Shown one piece after another: positions 13,340 through 24,960 of a stretch of DNA of 64,000 nt. The notes under the pieces were generated by a model. That model worked only from the letters and a program-made list of their open reading frames with translations. It had not been told where the DNA came from and made no database searches. The translations under genes were made by a program, and so were the position numbers. This DNA comes from Parasitella parasitica NRRL 2501 (lineage: Eukaryota > Fungi > Mucoromycota). Where the stretch lies: positions 89,266 to 153,265 of the forward strand of contig MU619269.1 in NCBI GenBank assembly GCA_025201805.1, given 5' to 3'. Every line of letters begins with the position of its first letter. Position 1 is the stretch's first letter.

Positions 13340-14369
13340 NNNNNNNNNNCAAATTCATTTGCAGTTTAAAGAAATCTCAGAAGCTTATCAAGTGTTATCA
13401 GATCCTCAGTTGCGCGCAGCTTACAACAAGTATGGCAAAGACAAAGAACTTGCTCCAGAAGGCGGATTTGCGGATCCCCGTGAATACTTCCAGCAAATGT
13501 TTGGTGGTGATGCATTCAGAAGTATGCTGCTGATTTTTCGTAGCAACCATAGAGTGACTCAACCATCTTGTCCATGTAGGTATTATAGGTGATTTAGCTG
13601 TGGGTGAAATGTTTAGTGATGTACAGCAAGATGAACTCGACAAGCAAGGTGCTGCTGAGGGTAGTGAGGAAGGCGAAAAGAAGCAAATGAATAAGGAGCA
13701 AATAGAAAAAATGCAAAAACAGCAACAGGAACGTGTGGATAAACTGGCAGAAACACTCAAATTGAAATTGGCATTATACACTGAAAGTGAAGGTGACCAG
13801 CAAGCTATGACTGCATTCCAAGACCAAATCAAACATGAAGCAGAGAAATTGAAAAATGAGAGTTATGGCCTTGAGTTGCTTCACTCCATCGGCGGTGTGT
13901 ATTCACTCAAAGCCAAGCATCATTTGGGTATCAAAGGTGGTGGAATGCCTAGCATTTTCCTTGGTTTCAAGCAAAAAAAACACATTGTCAAGGAACTCTG
14001 GACGACTGTAAAGGTTGCGATGGATGTGCAACAAGCTGCGGAAATGATATCAAAGGCAGAGGAAAAAGGTATGGATGATTCTGACAAGATGAAACTGGAG
14101 GAAGAAGTCACCACCAAGGTAAGCTCATCATTTCTAAAGCAAGAGTCAATCCTTACATGGTCATTTCATAGACTTACAAGGCACTATGGCAAACTTCAAA
14201 GTTTGAAGTAGAAGCTACACTACGTCAAGTATGTGATAAGGTACTCCAGGATAAGGATGTCGACAGTAAAACTCGTCAAAAAAGAGCGATAGCCTTGAAA
14301 TGGATTGGGTACATTTACAAACATACCGAAGCAGACAAATCTTGTATGGATATACAAATTAAAGCATAA
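12968..14369 (+). CDS. DnaJ/Hsp40 protein with DnaJ-X domain (Djp1/Caj1-like); spliced, includes a 13-nt exon at 13131-13143
   Basis: Spliced J domain YYELL...IKKAYRKLAMVYHPDKN...FKEISEAYQVLSD; ESYGLELLHSIG and FEVEATLRQVCDKVL DnaJ-X motifs. A small N gap lies in an intron. Confidence 0.92.
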
Positions 14370-14418
14370 CTCACTACTACTTTTTATATATAATTATAAT
14401 AAATTTCACTACTATTAA

Positions 14419-17400
14419 TTAATTTACAATCATACTGCTGTGCAATAAGTCTTGCGCTTGTTTCTTGAATACTGATGAAATGCCCACAGCCGGAGCAGAA
14501 AGAGGCTCTCTTCCAACATATTGAATTCCCTAATAACAAGTTCAGTATGTTACACTAATATCACAAATGTCCATGTATTACAAGTGGTACCTTATTTCCT
14601 GGCAAGAGTTGAGCCAATCGTGGTGCCATGAAGGCATAGGCTCCGGCGTTTTGAGGCTCTTCTTGGCACCACACAAACTCTTGTGCACCAGAATACTTTT
14701 GAATTTCCTCAGCAAGAGCACCTTTGGGGAAGGGACTCAATTCTTCGATGCGAACCAAAGCGATCTTCTCATCGAGTCCTCGATTTTGTCGTTCTTTTAC
14801 CAAATCATAATAGAACTTTCCTGATACAAATACGACCTTTTCGACCTTGGCATTGTCTTTGATTGAAGCGTCCTTCAAGACAGGTTGGAAACTTGTTCCA
14901 GGAGCCATGTCAGCTAAAGAACTGACTGCCAGCTAATTTAAAATCGAGTTAATTTGGCGATACAACTCGTTCCACCATGTATATATAGTAAAACTTACGG
15001 GTGATTTTAGCAAGCTTTTAGGCGAAACGACAATCAGTGGTTTGCGATAGCTACGAAGCATCTATATGCCAATAGTTGAGGATATGTGCATGTTATACAC
15101 TTGCTACTTAATGTACCTGTCTGCGGAGTACGTGGAAATATTGTGCTGGCGTTGTGCAGTTTACAATGTGCCAGTTTGGTGGTCTGTCTTCCACCTTGTT
15201 CACATCAAACGCATCATTGCTCATCTATGTGCCAATGCGCTCAGTGATAGTAATAAAAAAAAAAAAAGAAAAAAAAAAAAGAGTATAGTCTAAAAACACA
15301 GCACATACCTGCAAGAAGCGCTCTACTCTGCTGGACGAGTGTTCAGGGCCAGCACCATCTTGGCCATGAGGAAGTAGCATTACTAGACCACTCTGACGCA
15401 GCCATTTCTCTTCTCCACTAGACAAAAATGTGTCGATTGCGATCTGTGCACCGTTAAAGAAATCGCCAAATTGGGCCTCCCATAACACCAGACGTTTGGG
15501 CGATTCGATCGACATGCCGTATTCAAACCCCAACACAGCAAACTCTGACAAGGGACTATTGGCTACCTCCAAAAAGTTCTTTTGATCAGGCTGCATATGA
15601 TTGAGTGGAACCACTGTACGCTCCGTATCTTGACAGACAAACATGGCATGGCGTTGCGAGAAGGTGCCTCGGCCGACGTCCTGACCAGAAATACGCACAT
15701 CGCATCCATCTTGTATAAGAGAACCAAATGCTAGTGCTTCAGCAGTCGCCCAATCCAACCCATGGCCTTGCTTTAGTTTCTTTGTGCGCTGCTCAATATG
15801 GTATTTTTGCAGGCGAGGGTGGACCTTGATATCACCGGGAGGCGTTACGGAAAGTTGGCCGATATCAACCAAGGCGCTTTCGTCATACCCGGTGTCTGGA
15901 TTCTCGTTCTCTCTTGCTGATGTGATGTGACGAATACCGTTCCAGTTAGCATCAAGGTGGAAGCGTTTTGCGTCAGGCACAAATTCTTCTGCATCTTGCA
16001 GTGCTTGCTCCAGCAGCTTTACCTGGTCATTGCGTACTTGCTGAGCTTCTGCTTCTGAGCCGAGTGTTTGTTCGTCTATTAGCTTCTTTTCATAAAGCTT
16101 GGGAACAGAGGTACGATGCCTAATGTTGTTGTACATTACAGGCTGAGTGAAAGCAGGCTCATCAAGCTCATTATGGCCCCAGCGACGATAACACATTAAA
16201 TCAAGGATGATATCCTACTCTGCATGTAAATATTCTATTTGGCGGACGGCATAGGACTAGTTTACCTTTCTAAACTTGTTTCTATATTCAAACACCATGT
16301 CTAAGGCTCTGGCGACGTCTTCAGGGAAATCGCCATTAACATGAACAACAGGTACGTTGATCATTTTTCCAATATCAGAGCAGTAGGCGGAAGAACGGGC
16401 GTTTTGCGCAGGCGTAGTGTATCCCAACTGATTATTGACGACAATATGAACGGAACCGCCAGAGGAATAGTGGGCTAGATTACTCATTCCCAATCCTTCC
16501 ATCACGATGCCTTGTCCAGAAAATGCCTGCATGTAGTATATTGCCAGTTAAACGTATATCCAACATTGTAAAAAAAAAAAAAAAAAACCACACTCACAGC
16601 ATCTCCATGAATTTGCACGCACATAACCCTATCGCCCAGATTGCAAGATTTTTCTGATGAGGCCAGAAGACCCGTTTGTTTTGCTCTTGCCTTTCCCATA
16701 GCTACTGGATTGATAGCTTCTAAATGGGATGGATTGGCTAGTAGCGACACATGCACCTTTTTGCCACCGTAGGTCAAGTCAGGGTTGTTCACCAAATGGG
16801 AGATCACATCTCCGGAGCCAAAAGTCCCTAGTGGCAACTCAGAATGGCCCTTCATCTTATGAAAGAGAGCGGCATGTGGGTACTGCAACAAGTCGCACAG
16901 CAAGTTCAAGCGGCCTCGATGGGGCATGCCAATAACGATATCTTGGATGCTATTCTGTGCCGAGAGCTCAAACAGGCGATCCAAAGCGACCATCATGCTC
17001 TCTGCGCCTTCAAGGCCATATCTCTTGAGGTTGGGAAACTTTTTGCCCAAAAATTGGTCAAAAACCTACGCGAGCGGTTAGCATATGTGCAGGGAATACC
17101 GCGTATATCGATGACTTGCCTCTGATTTCGACAATAGGCTATGGATACGCTTCTTTTGTTCGACATCCAACCGAGGTTTCTCCCAGCTTTCGACGGCATG
17201 ATACCACCATCTCCTCTCGCTAGCAGACTTTGACGACATGTTATTTGATGCAGGGCCGTGAGAAAATTGTCTAAACTTACTGGTAAATGCATAAACTCGT
17301 AGGCAATTTTCCCACAATAAACGGCTTGCAAGTGATCCAGAATGGTTTTAAAATCAGCTTCGTCGCCTTGGTTTTTCTCGTGCATGGCACCATTTACATG

Positions 17401-17802
17401 CAGAATGCCTAACAAGCTGTTGATCTATCGACAAATGTATTATGCAAGACCCGACAGACAACACTTACCCGCCAAATTGTAGCTCTCGGAAGCGCTCTCG
17501 CCTAGCCCATAACGCTCAGGCTTCAGAGCAAGCACCTCTTTTCTCTTCATAATGTCCAGCGGATCTAAACGAGCTCCTTCGTGTCCATGCGTACGATAGG
17601 CCTGCACCATGCGCAATAGACTGCCGTGCTTCATACGGTTTGATAACTCCTGGGCGCTGTAGTCAGGTAGCTTGAACTCCTTGGCAACGCGATAGCCATA
17701 GACCCCGTCGTCGTGATACGATCTGGTTAAACTTCCCCGGAGTAGAGTTGCAGTGGCTCTGCGGTCATTTATATTTCTAGTAAGCGACAAGAATCGAGAC
17801 AT
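14419..17802 (-). CDS. DHTKD1: 2-oxoadipate/2-oxoglutarate dehydrogenase E1, DHTKD1-type; mitochondrial; spliced
   Basis: [27 protein letters not shown] (DHTKD1-type rather than OGDH GDVKYHL), [27 protein letters not shown]; Arg-rich presequence. Confidence 0.88.
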
Positions 17803-18504
17803 TATTATTGCTTAAGAGAGAGAGAAGAAGAAGAAGAAAAAAAAAAAGGAGTGAGAAGCGAGATTTCGCTGGATTTTTATACTTGTTGTTGGGCCTTTGA
17901 TTCAGGTCGAGTTTTACCACGCCTATGTTGAGCCAAGGCTTTTGGCACACGATCACCTGATTGCCTACTATCTTCACGCGCGACAACATGTATTTTAGCG
18001 GAATGACACTCTTGGGCTATTGTACGAGATATGTAGAAAAGCTCAAAAGACAGCAGGCATGTCGGATATGCACCAAACGGTTTCTGTCAAGCGATAGACT
18101 CTTTAACGATTGTCCAATGAACAAAGCTTAGTGCAAAATAAAAAGACAACATTGGCTCTAGCTTGCTGAATTCAAGCTTGGCTAGACACCCGCAGGTCTG
18201 CAAAAATGTGCATTACAAGTTTACTCAGGGGCTCGGATTCACTTGTGATATTTGTTAGACGCCCATGTAGAGCCATCAATTTGTTTGGGCGACGTCCCCA
18301 CAACAGATAGATATCGAAGAAAAGAGACCTTGGTAAGGCACATGAGATTGGGCAAAGTATAGCCCACACCGGAACTCGTTACGGAAATAAAGTCTTTATT
18401 AAGTGTATTAGGGGATTGCCTCGCTTCAGTCGACAATAAAGAAATTGCAGCATGCTTAGAAAGGAGTGACAACGTGGTATAGCAAAACTTGCTTTGACAA
18501 TCAT

Positions 18505-19225
18505 TTAGATGTCTTCCAGACTAGAATTGATTTCATCCAATTGACGTCTCAAGTCAGCAATCTCCTGGTTCAATTTTTCGTTTTCACTTTCCTGGCTATC
18601 AGAAGCAATTTTCATTTGTTGCACTTTACGTTCAAAATGCTCGGCCTTGACATCCGCCTCTCTCAGACTATCGAGTTTATATATGTCAAACAACAGAAAA
18701 AAAAAAAAGTGATTTTGCCCACAAAAACTTACTTTTTAGTGGTATCCCTAAACTCGGTCTCGGCAGTTTCCAATTCCTTTTCCAGCAGAGTGATCTTTCC
18801 TTGTGCCTCGGCGTTTTCTTTCTTCAGAATATCTATGTCACCTTGAAGCAGCTTCAACTGCTCAATTTTTTCATTGGCTGCTTCCAGCTGTTCTTGCATC
18901 TGCTTGTTCTGGTTTTCGAGGGAGATGATGTCGTGCTCTTGTTTTGTTTGCACTTGTTCGAGCAGTTTCAGCTGCTGGATTTGCTCATTTGCCAGGTCCA
19001 GCTCCTGCCTCAAGCGGTCATTCTGGCTTGTGAGAGAGATAATCTCACGTTCTTGATTTGTTTTTTCTTGCTCCAACTGCTTGCAATTTGCTTCATTTTC
19101 ATCTGCTCTGGCATTGGCCTCCTCGACTTCCCTACGAAGGCCTGCAAATTTCTGTTGGGAAATAGCTGGTTAAAACACCATCTTTTTTGCTCGACACGGT
19201 GCCTTACACTCTGAATCTTTTCCAT
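18505..19225 (-). CDS. Tropomyosin, 199 aa; exons 19225-19208, 19151-18733, 18667-18505
   Basis: Continuous coiled coil with fungal tropomyosin signature LREADVKAEHFERKV and C-terminal LEDI. Exon lengths 18+419+163 = 600 nt. Confidence 0.9.
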
Positions 19226-19430
19226 GTCTAAAAAAAAAAAAAAAAAGAACATGGTTGTGCAGGTTTATATGGCCAAACAAACTCGTCATGATTCACGTGC
19301 CTGAACATGCTTTTACCCCCACCACCATCGTCTCCGTTTTTTTATAGCTTCATCAATGAATTCGAGCACATGTACCGTTAATGATATGGTTTATTGATTT
19401 TTTTTTTTTTTTTTCATTCTATGGGATTTT

Positions 19431-20175
19431 TTACACGGGCAAACGTTCTGACCCATCCCTGGCTGTGCTTGGATCTTCCATGTCGGCGTACATGACATTT
19501 CTTATCGACGTCCTTAGTCCAATGTCGACAACCAAATCACCATGATAAAACAAATCTTCCGAGGCTGATTCATCGCCACTGCTGCTGTCTTCTCTCGGCG
19601 GTAACATCAACGTGACTCTTTCAGCGCCCAGAGCTGTCGCGAGTCCTCGAGGAACCGATAGTGTCGTTACCACCGTGCCGTTCAACAGCAGATGGGAGGA
19701 AAGACTGGATGTGATCAGCACTCGCACAATTTGCAAGATAAAGACCACGCAGTCCAACATCAAGAGTCTGAAGGTGCTCGGTTTTTCTTCTAATGGATAA
19801 AAACGTTGGTATTTGTATTTACAATTAAAAAAAACACAGAGACTATACGTTACGGATGCCAATAAAGTCGATTATAATGCCTGGCTGACCGGGTTCAGTA
19901 GTGATGTGCATTAAAATACATATTAACCAGCCTGCTGTAACTATGGCTAATGCTGTGCGTAACGAGCGAGTCAGTGCTCGGGGCGATAATAGTTGCTTTA
20001 CATGAATAAGTTGAAATGACACCAAGCTGTCCCTCTGCTATGTACTTACTAGTTGGAGCAGCAAACGAAAGAATAGTACCAGCAAGCTTGTATCAAGAAA
20101 GTAGGTGTATGCTATATGGCAGTATAAAATATAGTCCAAGGACCTCAGCACATCTCTTTTTCCGTTCGAATTCAT
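19431..20175 (-). CDS. DUF1746 membrane protein (Dsc4-like); spliced
   Basis: LRSLDYILY...YFLD.S...RLLLQ, GIIIDFIG, LLMLDCVVFILQ motifs. Confidence 0.7.
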
Positions 20176-20798
20176 ACAGCAAAAGTGAGGGGGGGGGGGA
20201 GGAAAAAAAATAGCCAGAAGAAGAGAGCTGGAAATTCTAATGGTGCACACAGTATTTTCTACTCGGACAGGCATGCACATAGTCCTGCTTGACATCACAA
20301 TATGCGAGAGTAACCAAGTTTGCGTAGCTGGATGTTTTGTACATGATCCTAATAAAAAAAAAAAGAACACTCGAGTCTGTTGAAGATTATCGCTGAGGAA
20401 AATAGTATAGACGTCTGCTTAGATTGTGCACAATACAATTATGCACTAGTATATCTCGTTGAATTTTACAAAAAGCGTATTCCTGTGTACTTGAGACGGT
20501 TTAAGAATCGTACCAATAATGCACCTGAGCGTCTNNNNNNNNNNNNNNNNNNNNNNNNNNNNNNNNNNNNNNNNNNNNNNNNNNNNNNNCTGTATCTGCT
20601 GTATAATATGTGCTTCTTGGTAGAGCTGTTTGAACTGGTTTTTTTTTTATCTCAACATCAGTGACACACAGGTTGTAGAATTCCCTTTTTTGCCATCATC
20701 CGAATGCGCGCACAGCGAATCATGGCGCAGATCAGATTTTGTATAAAAAAAGAGCCCTGATCTCCAGAGCCTCGCTCTTTATTCAGCATTCAATTAAC

Positions 20799-23700
20799 AT
20801 GGCTAAAAGCTCAACAGCTGACTCTATCCTTCTGCAAGAATGCTGTAGTTCTAAATGTCCTAGCGGAGAACCTGCTGCTAGGAGCAAGCTCAAGACACCA
20901 AGTGTCTCTGTATTCCGGTTGTTCCGTTTCGCTACGCCGAAGGAAAGGGCCATGATTTGCACTGCCATGCTCTTTTCAGCTGGTACCGGCGCCTTACAGC
21001 CTGTGTCCATTCTCGTTTATGCCTCGTTCATATCCTCGTTGACAGCCTCTCTCTCTGAGAACAACTCCAACCTGGTTAGTGCGACATTGCCTGTCATACA
21101 TACCATGGTGTACATGGGAACTGCTTCTTTGGTAGCTGCGTATGTATCTACTTGTTTATGGATCTTGACTGGAGAGAGCCAAACTCGAAGAATCAGATTG
21201 CTGTACCTGAAGTCAGTCTTGCATCAAGACATGAGCTGGTTTGATCAATCTAAAGACGGCTCTTTGAATACTCGGCTGGCCTCTGATACTCAATTGATCC
21301 AAGATGGCATCTCTGAAAAGGCAGGGTTGTTGATATCCTTCTTTGCTCAATTTGTTGGGGGGTTTGTGGTTGCATTTGTCAAAGGTATTTATTGCCATTT
21401 TCACTGCTTATATCTGTATTACACCACACTGATCCATATTTTATACACATAGGTTGGCAAATGGCTCTCGTTCTACTCGTTGCTGTGCCTCTTTTAGGAG
21501 TGTCAGGCTCGATGATGGCTCATTTTCTTAGTAGATACGCTAAAGAATCGCAAGACTCGTTTGCAGAATCAGGTGCTATTGCCGAACAAGCTTTCCAATA
21601 CATCAAGACAGTTTATTCATTCACGCTTCAAAGGAGATTCTCTGATCGCTACAATCAAAAGCTAGAGGACGCCTGTAAAGCGGGTGTAAAAGGGGGAATT
21701 GCTCTCGGCGTTGGCTTTGCGTTCTTTATGTTTTTCTTGTTTGGAACGTTTGGTTTAGCCCTCTGGTTTGGCTCTAAACTCGTAACTGAAGGCAAACTCA
21801 CAGGCCCGTCGGTATTTGTTGTGTTTTTATCCATGATGCTGGGCTGCATGAGCTTTGTCAAGCTGCCTCCAAATCTCTCTGCTGTCTCTGGCGCATGTGG
21901 TGCTGCCTATCAAGTGTTTAAAGTAATCGATCGTGCCCCTCAGATCAACATTGACTCAGAGGATGGCCAGACGCTTGCTACTGTACAAGGAACTATCACA
22001 TTTGACCATGTATCATTCAGCTATCCAATGCGCCCCGACCTCTACACCATCAAAGATCTTACATTGCAGGTAAATTCTGGAACCACTGTCGCATTCGTGG
22101 GTCTTTCCGGCTCTGGTAAATCGACAGCAATACAACTTATGCAGCGATTTTATGATGTTTCCACAGGCCAGATCTCACTGGATGGTCATAACTTGAAAGA
22201 GTTGAACGTCAAATGGCTGCGACAGCAAATTGGTGTTGTAAATCAAGAGCCCATCTTGTTCAACATGACAATTCGGCAAAACATTTCGATGGGCTGTGAT
22301 AACGATCAGCTAGTGACAGACCAGGAAATCATCGAGGCCTGCAAGGAAGCAAACTGCCATTCGTTCATTTCTCAGCTGCCCAACGGCTACGACACAGTAG
22401 TCGGCGATGGTGGTAGCATGCTCTCTGGTGGCCAACGGCAAAGGATCGCAATTGCGCGTGCTATTATAAGAAACCCTGCCATTTTGCTTCTTGACGAGGT
22501 TTGTATGCAAGCGAACAATGACTCAGACATAATTATGTACTAACTTTCCTTGGTTTTTTTTTTTTTGCGTAATCATTCAGGCGACTTCTGCTTTGGATAC
22601 CCAGTCTGAGAGGCTGGTTCAAAATGCACTTGATAAAGTATCTAGTAACCGTACTACGATCATTGTTGCTCATCGGCTCTCCACCATCATGAATGCCGAC
22701 CTCATTGTTGTGCTGGACCGCGGCTCAATAGCAGAGAAAGGTACTCATTGCCAATTGATCGAGTTAGGTGGTATATACTCGGATCTAGTGAAAAAGCAAA
22801 CCGTCCATGCAAATACAAGCAAACGTGACACACAATCATTGCTACCGCAAAGTCAAGCAATAGAGCTAAAAGACCTCGATGAGAGGCACGTTTCTGCTGA
22901 ATTGCTTGACATGAAAAGCCATCATCATGAACTTGCTTTGACTAAACAAAAGCACACTTTAAAAGGCCAACGAGCACCTGTTTGGAGAGTCTTTTGGCAT
23001 ATGCGGCCAGAGTGGAGTTACCTTGCTTTGGGAGTGGTGGGCTCGGCTTTAGCTGGCTGCGTCTTTCCGTTGTACGCCTATTCTTTCTCTCATGTTATCT
23101 CGATACTCAGTGTGCCCGGTCAAGCCATTCAGCCTAGTCCTTTGGGGGGCACTAATCTCTATGCTTTCATTTTCGCCATCATTGGCATTGCTGCTTTTAT
23201 TGGCAATGGTTGCCAATTCATGGCATTCGAGATATGCGGGCAAAAGTATTCAAAACGGTTGCGCGGTGAAGTGTTTGCTGCTTACATGAAGCAAGAGGTT
23301 GCGTTCTTTGACGCAGAAGAGAATAGTGTGGGAGCCCTCACTACTAGGCTGGCAGTAGATACTCGCAGTGTGAATGAAATGATAACCAAGGTCTGGGGAG
23401 ATGTAACAAACCTATGCATTACAATTGTTGTGGCTCTGGTCATTGCGTTCCTTCATAGCTGGGCATTGACTCTTGTCACTCTGTGCATGTCGCCGTTTCT
23501 TGTAGCATCAACGGCCTACGAGTTCTATTTACAACGAGGGTTTGAAGACAGCACAAGGATTGCTAATGCTCAAAGCAGCGAGATTGCTGGTGAGGCTATT
23601 CGTCAAGTGAGAACAGTCGCTGCTTTGAACAAACAGCGTTATTTCGAAGATCGATATTTTGAAGCTACTGCCTATCCCCATAAGCTTGCCACCAGAAAGG

Positions 23701-24820
23701 CTTACCTGTCTTCCATTGGCGCTGCTTGTAACAAGGGAGTTGGTATCTACACAAACGCCATCGCATTCTACGCGGGTGTCCATTTTATTCAGCACGGCAT
23801 GATTGATTTTCAGCAAATGTTTACCAGTATGACAGTATGTATAGTTGTATGATCTCTTATATCATTCCACAGCTGACTATTTGCTATGTATTCTTTATAC
23901 AGGTTATTATGACAGCCTCAGAAGCTGTTGGCAGAAGCACCACTTTTGTAGCTGCATTTGCAAAGGCTAAATCGGCTGCTAGTGCTTCCTTCGAAATCTT
24001 GGATCGACGCACGCACATTGACCCTGAGTTGGAAGGAATCGAGCCAGTGAGCCAGAGTGTCCGCGGCAATGTCGAGTTTCGAAACATCGAGTTTGCCTAT
24101 CCAGCTCGCCCTGATGCTCCTGTATTCAATGGAAAGTTCAGTTTGCACGGAAAATCTGGCCAAAGTATCGCGCTGGTTGGCCCGTCTGGGTGCGGTAAAT
24201 CCACCACCATCGGCATACTTCAACGCTGGTATGATCCGTCGAGTGGCGCTTGTTGCTTGGATGAACACAATGTCAAGAGTTACTCTTTGTATAATCTTCG
24301 CAGCCATATTTCTATCGTTAGCCAAGAGCCTGTGCTGTTTGATCTATCGATCGAGGACAATCTTCGCTTCGGCGTTGATGACAACGAATCAGTTACCCAA
24401 GAACAAATACAAGACGCTTGCCGATCTGCCAATATACATGATTTTATTGCTGGTCTTCCCGATGGATATAACACCGTTGCTGGTACAAAAGGTTCTCAAT
24501 TGTCTGGTGGTCAAAAGCAGCGCATCGCCATTGCTCGTGCTTTGATACGTAATCCCAAGGTGCTGCTTTTAGATGAGGCTACTTCCGCTCTTGACAGTGA
24601 TAGTGAAAAAATTGTACAGCAGGCTTTGGATAGCGTTTTGAAGCAAGGCGGAAGAACTACTATCATGGTTGCTCATCGTCTGTCTACGATTCAAAATGCT
24701 AATCTTATCTGTGTTGTCAATAATGGTATAGTTGTAGAACAAGGCACGCATGATGAATTATTAGCTTTGAACCGCGAATACGCTTCGCTTGTTCGTGAAC
24801 AATCACTGGCTGTTTTGTAG
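20799..24820 (+). CDS. Full-length ABCB (MDR/P-glycoprotein) transporter; spliced
   Basis: TMD-NBD-TMD-NBD layout; Walker A GLSGSGKS and GPSGCGKS; LSGGQ signatures; LLLDEATSALD. Confidence 0.96.
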
Positions 24821-24960
24821 GATAACATCTGACTAGTATGATACTGTATTTACATCAATAAAATTTTATGTATTCCATTTGAGACGCATATTATTAGTAT
24901 ATTTGAATCTTTCATTCTCTACACATGTCTATATATCGACTAGAGAATACATGGCCGATT

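Noticed and set aside
13286-13349. Very long poly(T) next to Ns, and the poly-Phe ORF it creates
   Set aside because: Intronic homopolymer at an assembly gap; length unreliable.
20027-20049. Apparent 23-nt intron in the DUF1746 gene
   Set aside because: A ~54-nt intron ending at gtaaag restores the frame (QL|QLLSP) and fits local intron sizes.
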